A DNA stretch of 54,508 nucleotides from an uncultured virus (IMG/VR IMGVR_UViG_3300027801_001720). Taxonomy: Duplodnaviria > Heunggongvirae > Uroviricota > Caudoviricetes. The position numbers were made by a program, and so were the translations under genes. The DNA is taken from the IMG/VR virus record IMGVR_UViG_3300027801_001720; one strand, written 5' to 3'. Below are positions 37,933-47,051 of the stretch, one piece after another (position 1 is the stretch's first letter; each line of letters opens with the position of its first letter). Under the pieces are notes generated by a model, which saw nothing but the letters and a program-made list of their open reading frames with translations, was not told the DNA's origin and did no database searches.

Positions 37933-37946
37933 ACTAGTATTTAATG

Positions 37947-38378
37947 TTATTCAGTATCGTTAAGTGGATTTTCTAGTATAGTTGTAATTTTTTCTTCTAG
38001 TTCTTTTTTAGTAGTTCTAATGTCTGCATCCATTTCTCTGAAGCGACTTTGCATTTCTTTTTCCATCTCATAAACATCATTTCTAACTTCTCTTTGAGTC
38101 GATGCTGAAGTCTGGTCTACCTCTCTTGCTAAATCCAACGCCATGTCAATTTCGTCTTTAAGGTCTTCTCTGATTATGTCTGTAATCCTAGTCAACTCTT
38201 CCATTTTCATTTCTATTTGTGCTGGGTTTAAAGTAGAAAGTTTCTTTTCTGCAATAAGCAGTCTGTTGTAGAGTTCAAAGCCTCCCCATAGTCCACCAAT
38301 TAAAGTACCTAGTAAAGGAATTATAATTACGAGTTTAGAACCTCCTAACTTTATACCTTTATATTCTATCTCTGCCAT
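37947..38378 (-). CDS. Single-pass membrane protein with coiled coil
   Basis: LVIIIPLLGTLIGGLWGGFELY followed by a charged helical region. Confidence 0.75.
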   Translation of the reverse strand: MAEIEYKGIKLGGSKLVIIIPLLGTLIGGLWGGFELYNRLLIAEKKLSTLNPAQIEMKMEELTRITDIIREDLKDEIDMALDLAREVDQTSASTQREVRNDVYEMEKEMQSRFREMDADIRTTKKELEEKITTILENPLNDTE

Positions 38379-38379
38379 T

Positions 38380-41300
38380 TTATTTCTCCTGTTCCTGTAA
38401 TGTTTTATATTGGCTGTATATCATTTTTTTTAATTTAACTTGAGTGTTACCAGCCATCATGTAAAAACTCGCTTTGTTGTCTACAACTTTTTGTCCTGGA
38501 TATACTTGTGATGAGCCGTACCATGCTTGTTGGTCTGCTAGTTGTATTTGTGATGTGTAAGCACTAAAGCCTGGTGTATATCCTATGTAAGCAACTGCAA
38601 TCGTTTGGTCGCCATATTGTGCATCGTCAGTATTACCTGCTTGTATCGATGCTAATTCTTTTTCTAAGTTTGCCGCGGCAACTGTTGCTCCCATTGTATC
38701 TGCTAAACTTTCTACTGCGTCTGATTGTCTTTGCTCTTGGAACGTAGGTGCTTCAACTTCAAACCTGCTGTAATCTGCTGGTGCCTGGCTTAGGAATTCT
38801 GTTAAGCCTGTGCCACTACTTAATGCTGTGGTTAGTTCATCTTCGAACTGAATATCTGCTCCACTAACTCCACCGCTTGTTCCGTCATCAAAACTGTCTA
38901 CAAACTGTAAAGTATCTTCTTGTTGTTGTTCGAATGCTTGTACTGAGCTCTGTGCAACTTCAAATGCACCTGTGTCAACTGTATCAGTTACACTTGCTGT
39001 AGCATCAAAACTTTGTTGACCCATACGTTGTTCTGCTTGTTCTTGCAAGAACGTATCACCTGTTGAGCTTTCTTGTGTTAGCATACCCATGTTACCTTGA
39101 CTTCCGGTGCTGTAACTATTGCTACTTCCGTCATTGCCTTGTGCAAAACTTCCACTACCGTCATTGCCACTTGAACTGCCATCGTCAATACTTCCACTTC
39201 CGTCATCAACACTACCCGAACCATCGTCGATAATGCCTGCAATAATTGTTTCTAATTGTTGTTGTGTTCCACCATCATCAAAGTTATTACTGTTACCAAA
39301 GTCAATATTAAACTCTGCAACACTTAAACTCATAACACCTGATCCTACATTACCTACAAACTGTTTGTCTGCTTTTTCTTGTTTTTGTTCTCGTTGAACA
39401 TTTGACTGTGGGGTACTGGCATCTGCAATATGAGTGGGACCGTCTTCTTCGTGGTGTTCGTCCATCATAGGACCTTGTTCATAATCTTCGTCTATCTCTG
39501 CGTATGCTTCATTTTTAAATTGTTCTAAATCATCTTCACTAAGTAAATCTTCAAGTCCTTCTTCTTGTATAAAACGTTCTATGTCTGCTTCTGGGCCTAA
39601 TTCAAAGTAAGCCTCTTCTTCATACATTCTTTCGTTCTCAAATGCTATTAGTTCATCATCTGATAAATCAAAAAATGCTTCTATATCACATGTTGGACAT
39701 TCTTTTTGTAAGTCTATTTCATCGCTCAGGAATTGTTCGTATGCTAAATCAAATTCCATATCGTCTTCGTAATATATTTCCATCATGTACTCGTCATCTA
39801 ATGCATAATTATAAGACTCCCATTCAAAATTACCACGCTCATCAAATACTACATCTTTGCCATACCACTCATCTACTTGGTCTTGTCCAAATTCTTTTAC
39901 ATCATAATCGTACCAATCTTTTGATGACCAGCCATATGCGTCATCGCCATACTGTTCTTCAAACTGTTGGTCATACAGTTCTTCTTGTAGCATGTATTCT
40001 TCTGTTGCCCAAATATCACTTGTTGTAAACCCATTTGCAAATCCATTTTCTTCTGCTTGTTTTAACATAGTTTCGTCATGTAGTTCTAAATCATAATTTT
40101 CTAATCCAATAGTATCCATAACTAAATCGCCTGGATTGTTGCCTTGAAATTGTATGCTAGGATCATGTCCTAGTGCTATTATGTCTTGCGTACCCATTGT
40201 GATTAGTACTGCTTCTTGCGGACTTAAACCTTGCTCAACTAACATTTGTTGTTCACCATTTAAATATTCGTACTGTATATCATCATCTTCCATTGGGTCA
40301 TATTGATTAGGAACATACACACCGTCTTGATTCATATAAAAGTCATCGCCAGTATTTGAATTAATGCTGTCGTAATCCGCGTTAGGATCGTATCCGTCTG
40401 AATAGTAATCACCTTGGATACTAATTTGTGAACCATCGCTTTGTGTTACTAATCCTGTGTTAGGATCATAACCGTCCATTTCTCCAAAATCGTTTGGACT
40501 ATAATAAGGACCCATGTTTCCTGTGGCATAATCATATTGAGAGACGGCATCAAAAATACCTAATCCAGCACAGCCTGGTAAGTTTGGATCGTTATAACAC
40601 TCTTGTTCTTCTTCAAATTTTTTGTCTAAGGCTGAAAAATATCCATTACAATCTGTACTGTATGTAGGATCTACGGCACATTGTTGCTGTAAGTAAGTTA
40701 TACTATATAAACTACAGGCTGTGCTGTAAAGAGCATTGCTGGCACATTCTGCCGGTTCTGTTCCATTACCGTCTGCATACATGGCGCCGCCTTCTAATGT
40801 TCCGTTGTCATAATCGTCCCATATAAACAAGTAACGTCCTTGCAGTCCTGTGTTTGGATCTATACAAGTATCACAATAACTGTTATCACTAAAAAAGTAT
40901 GCTTCGTTAAGTTGGGTACTGCTTTTCTTTTCACCAACTAAAACATTGGAATGATTTATTTCTAAATTACCATATAAGTAAGCATAGTCATCATTTGTAT
41001 CTGTTTCATCACCAGGACAATCAGCACAATTTTGATTTAAAAGTACTACTTCAAAAGTATTATGTGCGTTTGGATACTGCGGATCAAACTGGTCTGTATC
41101 TGCTGTTACGCCATACTCACGCATGTAGTACCAACCAAATGTAGCGAAGGAGCCTGAGTTGTTAAACAGCATCGTGCTAGGGCTTGGTGCTTGGGTATCG
41201 TATATTGTGCCTAAGTCTAAATCGCTCCAGAAAGGAAATAGTGTATCATTCATCCCAACTGAAGAACTTAAATGTTGTATATCATAACTACAGTAATCAC

Positions 41301-41592
41301 TACTGCTAAATGCACTCGACTTCAGTAGTTTTAAACAACCATTAGTACTCATTAATCCATGGGTAAACGTTTCTCCATACCATTCAAAGTTAAAGCCAAT
41401 AGCAAATGCGGCATTACAACCTGTTTCATCTGCGGCACCTTGACATAGTATAGAACCGTCTGCATTACCATTCTCATATGGTGTAAGCAGATTGTTTAGA
41501 GGATAATTTCCAGGGGTAGAGTAACTGTTAGCCTCTACCAACGTTGGTACTAAGCAAAGTAGTAGTCCTGCTATTAAAGATTTGATTCCCAT
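38380..41592 (-). CDS. Giant secreted acidic protein with NIDO-like N-terminal domain and Cys repeats
   Basis: Signal peptide ending VEA; IGFNFEWYGETF...MSTNG...PFWSDL; CxxD/NPxYSxxCxxY repeats; D/E-rich middle; DDGSGS repeats. Confidence 0.7.
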   Translation of the reverse strand: MGIKSLIAGLLLCLVPTLVEANSYSTPGNYPLNNLLTPYENGNADGSILCQGAADETGCNAAFAIGFNFEWYGETFTHGLMSTNGCLKLLKSSAFSSSDYCSYDIQHLSSSVGMNDTLFPFWSDLDLGTIYDTQAPSPSTMLFNNSGSFATFGWYYMREYGVTADTDQFDPQYPNAHNTFEVVLLNQNCADCPGDETDTNDDYAYLYGNLEINHSNVLVGEKKSSTQLNEAYFFSDNSYCDTCIDPNTGLQGRYLFIWDDYDNGTLEGGAMYADGNGTEPAECASNALYSTACSLYSITYLQQQCAVDPTYSTDCNGYFSALDKKFEEEQECYNDPNLPGCAGLGIFDAVSQYDYATGNMGPYYSPNDFGEMDGYDPNTGLVTQSDGSQISIQGDYYSDGYDPNADYDSINSNTGDDFYMNQDGVYVPNQYDPMEDDDIQYEYLNGEQQMLVEQGLSPQEAVLITMGTQDIIALGHDPSIQFQGNNPGDLVMDTIGLENYDLELHDETMLKQAEENGFANGFTTSDIWATEEYMLQEELYDQQFEEQYGDDAYGWSSKDWYDYDVKEFGQDQVDEWYGKDVVFDERGNFEWESYNYALDDEYMMEIYYEDDMEFDLAYEQFLSDEIDLQKECPTCDIEAFFDLSDDELIAFENERMYEEEAYFELGPEADIERFIQEEGLEDLLSEDDLEQFKNEAYAEIDEDYEQGPMMDEHHEEDGPTHIADASTPQSNVQREQKQEKADKQFVGNVGSGVMSLSVAEFNIDFGNSNNFDDGGTQQQLETIIAGIIDDGSGSVDDGSGSIDDGSSSGNDGSGSFAQGNDGSSNSYSTGSQGNMGMLTQESSTGDTFLQEQAEQRMGQQSFDATASVTDTVDTGAFEVAQSSVQAFEQQQEDTLQFVDSFDDGTSGGVSGADIQFEDELTTALSSGTGLTEFLSQAPADYSRFEVEAPTFQEQRQSDAVESLADTMGATVAAANLEKELASIQAGNTDDAQYGDQTIAVAYIGYTPGFSAYTSQIQLADQQAWYGSSQVYPGQKVVDNKASFYMMAGNTQVKLKKMIYSQYKTLQEQEK

Positions 41593-42935
41593 TCACTCTC
41601 ACATTGGCTCTTTGTTTTCTTTTTGCCTTTACCTTTTTTCTTTCTACATTGTTTCATAAATGCGTCATACTCATCGCCTGACCTCATTACTTGACCGTCG
41701 ATTGGTGCTGAAGATTTTAAATTTTTATCTTTCTTCGTAAACCAGCCTTTTTTGTAGTCTGCTCTTTGTGTAGAATTATCTTCCCATTGTTTAGAAGCCG
41801 CATCACCAATTGCTCCCATATAAGGACAAGGTGTTCCAGCCATTTCCATTGCTTTGAAAACTCTAGCATCTTGACACATTAAACTAACAGCCGCAACTTT
41901 CATACCCATATCATAAATTGTTTTACTAAGTTTCATTCTTTCACAGTTCATATCTCTTACTGACTTACCACCTGAAATACCAAATACTTGTCCTTGGAAA
42001 GCACCTGATATACCTGTTGTACATAAGTCTTGAGAATAACTTGATCCTATGCTTGGTGCAATCGCACTAGCCGGAGGAGCCTTAGTTGTAATCTCTTGTT
42101 TAATAGTTTGGTCAGTTTTGTTAATGTTTTCGTTCTTGTTATTGTTATTATTAGTGTTGTTACTTTCACTTTTATTATTAGTGTTCACATCACTTTCACT
42201 TTTAGAAGTACTTTCATTCTTGTTGACGTTCGTATTATTAGAGGTCGTATTGTTGTTATTGTTATTGGTATTAGTAGCAGTTGAATTTGAATTAACATTC
42301 TGGTCAATATTCGAGTTGTTAGTATTTGTATTATTCGAAGTACTATTCACATTACTGTTGTTGGTGTTAGTATTGTTACTCGTGGTATTGTTCGTATTAT
42401 TGTTGGTGTTATTATTCGTATTCGTCGAAGTCGAAGTATTATTATTCGTATTATTGTTCGTATTAGTATTCGTCGAAGTATTATTATTCGTATTCGAGTT
42501 CGTGTTATTGTTCGTATTCGAAGCCGTCGAAGTATTATTATTAGTATTCGTATTCGCATTGGTATTAGTCGAAGTATTGGTACTAGTATTATTATTGGTA
42601 TTCGTATTGGCATTCGTGTTATTGTTGGTGTTGGTGTTTGTGTTCGCATTCGTGTTATTGTTGGTGTTTGTGTTCGTCGACGTATTCGTATTCGTCGAAG
42701 TATTATTATTGGTGTTCGCATTGGTATTGTTATTGGTATTTGTCGACGTATTGGTATTCGTATTATTATTCGTATTCGTACCAGTTGTCGTTGTAGTATT
42801 GTTGGTCGTTGTAGTTGACTCCTCACAATACTGTGTACCAGCAGTACATGTACCAGTTTGGTCCGCCTGAGCCGGTAACGTGAAAAGTCCGAACGAACTA
42901 ATCATGGCTATCGCAGACAATATTCTTATCTTCAT
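41574..42935 (-). CDS. Secreted Asn/Thr low-complexity repeat protein with Cys-containing C-terminal domain
   Basis: Signal peptide ending AQA; long NTNTNNN tract; APPASAIAPS...DLC...NCERMKLSK...AAVSLMCQD...AGTPCP. Confidence 0.8.
   Translation of the reverse strand: MKIRILSAIAMISSFGLFTLPAQADQTGTCTAGTQYCEESTTTTNNTTTTTGTNTNNNTNTNTSTNTNNNTNANTNNNTSTNTNTSTNTNTNNNTNANTNTNTNNNTNANTNTNNNTSTNTSTNTNANTNTNNNTSTASNTNNNTNSNTNNNTSTNTNTNNNTNNNTSTSTNTNNNTNNNTNNTTSNNTNTNNSNVNSTSNNTNTNNSNIDQNVNSNSTATNTNNNNNNTTSNNTNVNKNESTSKSESDVNTNNKSESNNTNNNNNKNENINKTDQTIKQEITTKAPPASAIAPSIGSSYSQDLCTTGISGAFQGQVFGISGGKSVRDMNCERMKLSKTIYDMGMKVAAVSLMCQDARVFKAMEMAGTPCPYMGAIGDAASKQWEDNSTQRADYKKGWFTKKDKNLKSSAPIDGQVMRSGDEYDAFMKQCRKKKGKGKKKTKSQCESEWESNL
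42130..42812 (-). repeat. Degenerate Asn/Thr-encoding repeat tract (approximate limits)
   Basis: Recurrent plus-strand units such as TTCGTATTATTA and GTCGAAGTATTATTA. Confidence 0.85.
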
Positions 42936-43106
42936 TATTACTCCTGTGGGTCTGGTTTGTTTGTTAAGTGGGTGTGTTATGTACTGTAGTGTCCTTGCTT
43001 AATATCTAAGCAAATGACCCTGTCTAATGTGCTATTATTTATCAGATTTATAACCGCAACATGTTGTTATAAATCAAAAAAATGAGAGTGGTCTCATTTT
43101 TAAGTC

Positions 43107-43139
43107 AAAAAAAAGCACACCGAAGTGTGCCTCTTTTTT
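43107..43139. terminator. Intrinsic terminator, possibly bidirectional
   Basis: A-tract, GCACAC-CGAA-GTGTGC, then CTCTTTTTT; UUCG loop and U tract on the minus strand. Confidence 0.85.
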
Positions 43140-43145
43140 AATGTT

Positions 43146-43277
43146 CTAACATTCCTGTGGGTGTTCTGCACAATACACTTCTAATTTTTTTTGGTTCTCT
43201 TTAAAAAGTGCTATTAGTTCTTTTGCAGTTAGTTCTTCGTTCTTCTTTTTGAAAAACGAAAAACTTGTTACTTTCCC
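43146..43277 (-). other. Candidate programmed -1 frameshift site and 41-codon extension
   Basis: G GGA AAG directly before TAA; the -1 frame is open to TAG at 43146-43148. Confidence 0.65.
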
Positions 43278-43549
43278 TCAGACGTGTCTTTCTTCTGTAG
43301 TTCATCAGTTTGCTTGTCTACATTTTCTGCAACTGTTTTAACAACACCTTGTGCTGTTTCAATAGTTACGTCTGCAATGTTTCTTGCATCATCAGTAATA
43401 GCAACTGCCAATGTTGCGGCTCCGCCGACAACAGAGTCAACTGTTCCTGTAACAATCTCTGTTCCGGCATTCCAAGCCCCTCCAACTGAGGCACAACTTG
43501 TGATTCCAAAACATACGATTAAACCAAAGACTGAAAGTAAATTTTTCAT
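43268..43549 (-). CDS. Lipoprotein
   Basis: MKNLLSVFGLIVCFGITSC lipobox, amphipathic helix; AAGGAG RBS; GATAAATA at 43599-43606. Confidence 0.75.
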   Translation of the reverse strand: MKNLLSVFGLIVCFGITSCASVGGAWNAGTEIVTGTVDSVVGGAATLAVAITDDARNIADVTIETAQGVVKTVAENVDKQTDELQKKDTSEGK

Positions 43550-43642
43550 TTCATCTCCTTATATATAAGGTACTTGCCCATCTGGCAAAGTACAGTTATA
43601 TTTATCGGAAAAGTGTTGTAATTATGTTACGATTTGTAACAT

Positions 43643-43957
43643 TTAGAAACCATAATTGGCGGCTTCATTGATTTCATCACCCCACAAACTGCGTTTGTTA
43701 AGTGTATATAGCTCTTGCCTAAGTAGGTCTTTTGTGTGGTTATTATTAGTTTCTTTTATCATATGTAGTAAATCCATTCTAGCCATAGTTTCTATTTCAT
43801 ATTGTAATTTACACCAAAACCACAGGAAAGTCGACATAAAAATTAAAGCAAGTATGTGAAGCATGAAGTAAGGAAAAAAGAAAGTAAATATCAGAACATG
43901 TGTGCAAATTACTGACAGTGAATAAACTTTATACGAGTTTAACCAATTAGTCATCAA
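43643..43957 (-). CDS. Small membrane protein
   Basis: Two hydrophobic segments; overlaps the upstream small ORF. Confidence 0.6.
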   Translation of the reverse strand: MMTNWLNSYKVYSLSVICTHVLIFTFFFPYFMLHILALIFMSTFLWFWCKLQYEIETMARMDLLHMIKETNNNHTKDLLRQELYTLNKRSLWGDEINEAANYGF

Positions 43958-44108
43958 TACTTTTAAATTGTTCTATATAAGCATTACTATGCCAATATGT
44001 ATCCAACACGATATCTGCAATTAAGGCAATTAACACTAATGTCATAATCACAGACAAGTATATGTTTATACCTGCTGTAATCTTTAACCACTTAATCATG
44101 TGTTTCAT
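43947..44108 (-). CDS. Small membrane protein (53 aa)
   Basis: MKHMIKWLKITAGINIYLSVIMTLVLIALIADIVL...; TTGACA-N17-TATAAT at 44145..44117. Confidence 0.65.
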   Translation of the reverse strand: MKHMIKWLKITAGINIYLSVIMTLVLIALIADIVLDTYWHSNAYIEQFKSIDD

Positions 44109-44154
44109 AACTAGTAATTATAGTTGATTAACGGTCTAATGTCAACCTTTTTGG

Positions 44155-45060
44155 TTACTGTTGGGTTACGTTTATATTACAACCGCCGGAAGTTACGCAA
44201 TTTTGATTAATGCTGTATGACTTTGTGATATCATTTATTTGTGTGAGGTTCAATGTTGTAGGCTGAGTTCCATACAATAGTATCGTGGCAGTATGGGCGC
44301 CGCCGCCTTGTTGTGCAACATTTATCGTATTGTTGTCCACGTATGTTTTTATAGTTAAAGTTTTTCCTGCATTATGTTTTTGCTGAGACCAAACTGTATT
44401 ATCATCTGAATATAGCCAAACATCTGCTGTATGTCCATCATCGGAAGTTGTAGTTCCCCAACCATTAGTCTGATAGCCAACAACTTTATTTCTGTCTCCG
44501 TGTAAGTCTATTATTGCTTTATGTCCGCCTTTGTTTGCTGTAGAGTGTGAAAATGTAGTATCTGTTACACTACTTAAATGTGCTCCTTGACCCCAACGTA
44601 TTTCGTTAGTGTCTCCCCAAACATGGAATCCTGTTTCTGTAGCCGCACAACCAGAACCTAAACTACAATATTGGTCTACATAAATTTCATTATCTACACC
44701 ATCAACGTCTCCACAAAATGTTGCATTGTTACAATTTACTTTACCCCATGTGCTGGTAAAACCTGCTGTGTTGTTTCTGCCTTCTTGTTTTATTTTAACT
44801 GTATTACCATCTCCTGATACAGAAAATTCTACTTCGTTGTCTTGTCCAAGTTGCCCGATCCACATAGTAAGATTGTCAACGTTACCATATTGTAACCCTA
44901 AGTCTAAGTCTATGTGTTGGTCTTTACCGCTTTGCAAAATATCCATTACTAAGTTATCACCCGTCTGGTCTATATGAACATGGTTATGCCCTTCTTCCGC
45001 AAAAAGTTGTGTTGCCATTGACAGCAAAACAAATACTTGTATTATTCCTAAAGTTCTCAT
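44155..45060 (-). CDS. Curlin-like (CsgA/CsgB-type repeat) secreted protein
   Basis: Signal peptide; repeats NHVHIDQTGDN, LTMWIGQLGQDN, NTVKIKQEGRNN, NTINVAQQGGG. Confidence 0.72.
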   Translation of the reverse strand: MRTLGIIQVFVLLSMATQLFAEEGHNHVHIDQTGDNLVMDILQSGKDQHIDLDLGLQYGNVDNLTMWIGQLGQDNEVEFSVSGDGNTVKIKQEGRNNTAGFTSTWGKVNCNNATFCGDVDGVDNEIYVDQYCSLGSGCAATETGFHVWGDTNEIRWGQGAHLSSVTDTTFSHSTANKGGHKAIIDLHGDRNKVVGYQTNGWGTTTSDDGHTADVWLYSDDNTVWSQQKHNAGKTLTIKTYVDNNTINVAQQGGGAHTATILLYGTQPTTLNLTQINDITKSYSINQNCVTSGGCNINVTQQ

Positions 45061-45061
45061 T

Positions 45062-46258
45062 TTAATCTTCCTGTGTAATTATTATAGTTGTGCCTTCACA
45101 ATCATTAAGACAAATAATAGTGTCTTTTAAATTACTATCATATATTTCTATTCTAGCACTAGTACCGGATCCAATTCGTATACTTGCTGTATTTGTAACT
45201 TGCCTAAAGAAATAAATCTTTCCGTCCAAGCTCAAAGTATTAACCTGTGTGTTAGGATCTAGCCCTAAAGCAGTTCCTGTAATTTTATCAACTCCTAGGT
45301 CTCCGCCTTTTGAGTCTGCTCTTCTTTTCTTATTAATGCCTGTACTTACATCTTCTACAACTTCTAATAGATCCACTAAAAAATCTACATCTAAGAAATT
45401 CATATCTAGCTCACTAAACTGTAAATCTTCGTCTGTTTCAGTAAGCATGTCTTGTTCTAATGCACTTGCATCTAATCCGTTAAAGTCTAACAAGCCGGCA
45501 TCGCCTTTTAATTCTTCCTGTTGTTCCTCAACTGCTTCTGTAATCTGTTGCGGTTCTGATACAATAAACATATTATCTATCATGTTTAGATCCAAGTCCG
45601 CAAGTACTACAGGATTAGTTGGTGCTTGTTCATATGTACTAACCATAACAGCCTGAAAGGCTTCTGTTAATAGTTGAACGCCACCAGCATTAGTAATAGT
45701 TATACTACCACTTGGTCTACAACCTTCCTCAAGTCTAACCCCATCGGTACAACCCGAGTCTGGTAATAGTATAACCAAACTTCTTCCTAATTCGTCTACT
45801 GTTGTAGTAAAGTCTGTTCCTCTAATACCAATAGTAGCAGTAGGCGTTTGAATAGTTATATTCTCCTTTGCTACTAAACCCAGTCCACCTGTAGCAAATC
45901 TGGCTGTACCTTGTACAAAGTTTAAAGCCATTCTACTTTTACTTGGATCTGGATCATAAACGTATTCGTTTATTTCCATGTAAGTATGTTCTGTCAAACT
46001 TACTTTTGTGTCGTCTATGAACTTTAGTACTAACCTACCATTTAAGGTTTCTACTTCGTCCAAACTAACTATGTCTGTGTCTAGTTCTGCAATCAATGTG
46101 TCTCCAGACTTTCGACTGATAGCACCTGGTGTTCCGCTCTGCTCGTATACACCGCCGATTTTTACATCGGCGGATATAACTGTGATTGGACTAAACAGTA
46201 ATAATGCTGTTAGAAAAAGTTTAATCCTTTTGTCTAATCGATACCGATGCATTTTCAC
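45062..46258 (-). CDS. FecR-domain secreted/periplasmic protein (true start probably slightly downstream)
   Basis: DEVET...FIDDTKVSL...YVYDP...GTARF...TPTATIGIRGTDF. Confidence 0.88.
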   Translation of the reverse strand: MKMHRYRLDKRIKLFLTALLLFSPITVISADVKIGGVYEQSGTPGAISRKSGDTLIAELDTDIVSLDEVETLNGRLVLKFIDDTKVSLTEHTYMEINEYVYDPDPSKSRMALNFVQGTARFATGGLGLVAKENITIQTPTATIGIRGTDFTTTVDELGRSLVILLPDSGCTDGVRLEEGCRPSGSITITNAGGVQLLTEAFQAVMVSTYEQAPTNPVVLADLDLNMIDNMFIVSEPQQITEAVEEQQEELKGDAGLLDFNGLDASALEQDMLTETDEDLQFSELDMNFLDVDFLVDLLEVVEDVSTGINKKRRADSKGGDLGVDKITGTALGLDPNTQVNTLSLDGKIYFFRQVTNTASIRIGSGTSARIEIYDSNLKDTIICLNDCEGTTIIITQED

Positions 46259-47051
46259 TGTCTATATCAACGTCAATTTTACCAGGACATACTGGTGAAC
46301 ATGTTGCCGCCATGGACTGCTCAAATTGGAAATCACCATCAGAGCCAACTAATACAAATTTTAAGTAATGGTTAGCATTACCAGTTTGGTTAGTTGCGAT
46401 AGCATTATCGTCGCCTGTTATGTTCATTTCCCATGTAGCACTAGTAGAGTCAACTTTAATTCCAGACATTGCTGTATTTACAGTTGAATTCCAATTAGTT
46501 CCTGCGGTTCCACCCCAAGTTCTAGTATTTGTAAAACTGTCTTTAAAGTTATTTCTACTTCCAAGGATTGTTAAATCCATGTTCAAGTTATCTGCTGAGT
46601 AGTTTCCGCCTAAGTCCATGTCAAATACGTTTGTGTCACCTTGTATATTCCATAGCATATCAACACTATTTGCAGAAGCGGTTTGCCCGATATTTGCATC
46701 TAAGTCATTGTTGTCGCCATAGAAATAAAAGTCCCAAACAGTCGACCCGGAACCATTACCAGTCCACGCACCAAATATTTCGTTACCATTACCATCTTGA
46801 ATAATATCAATAATCAAGTTTGAACCACTGATAACTAAATCGCTACCTTGTGATGCATCACCTGAAACCTTATTGCTATTACCAGCCTGTAATATTGTTA
46901 GAATTAAGTTATCACCTGTTTGGTCTATAAATACCTCATTTTCGTCTGCCGCCAATGATGGTGCCATAGTCGCTAGGATAATACCCATAACTCCGAAGAC
47001 ATTGATTGCAATTTTATTCATAAAATTTCTAGTCTTCATTTTTTTCTCCAT
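46221..47051 (-). CDS. Curlin-like secreted beta-repeat protein
   Basis: Signal peptide; NEVFIDQTGDNL, LTILQAGNSN, IDIIQDGNGN, NAIATNQTGN; directly after csgG. Confidence 0.72.
   Translation of the reverse strand: MEKKMKTRNFMNKIAINVFGVMGIILATMAPSLAADENEVFIDQTGDNLILTILQAGNSNKVSGDASQGSDLVISGSNLIIDIIQDGNGNEIFGAWTGNGSGSTVWDFYFYGDNNDLDANIGQTASANSVDMLWNIQGDTNVFDMDLGGNYSADNLNMDLTILGSRNNFKDSFTNTRTWGGTAGTNWNSTVNTAMSGIKVDSTSATWEMNITGDDNAIATNQTGNANHYLKFVLVGSDGDFQFEQSMAATCSPVCPGKIDVDIDSENASVSIRQKD

Noticed and set aside
42049..42870. 273-aa Leu/Val-rich plus-strand ORF and the 159-aa alternative-frame ORF at 42347-42826
   Set aside because: Shadows of the Asn/Thr repeat, which lacks stop codons in other frames.
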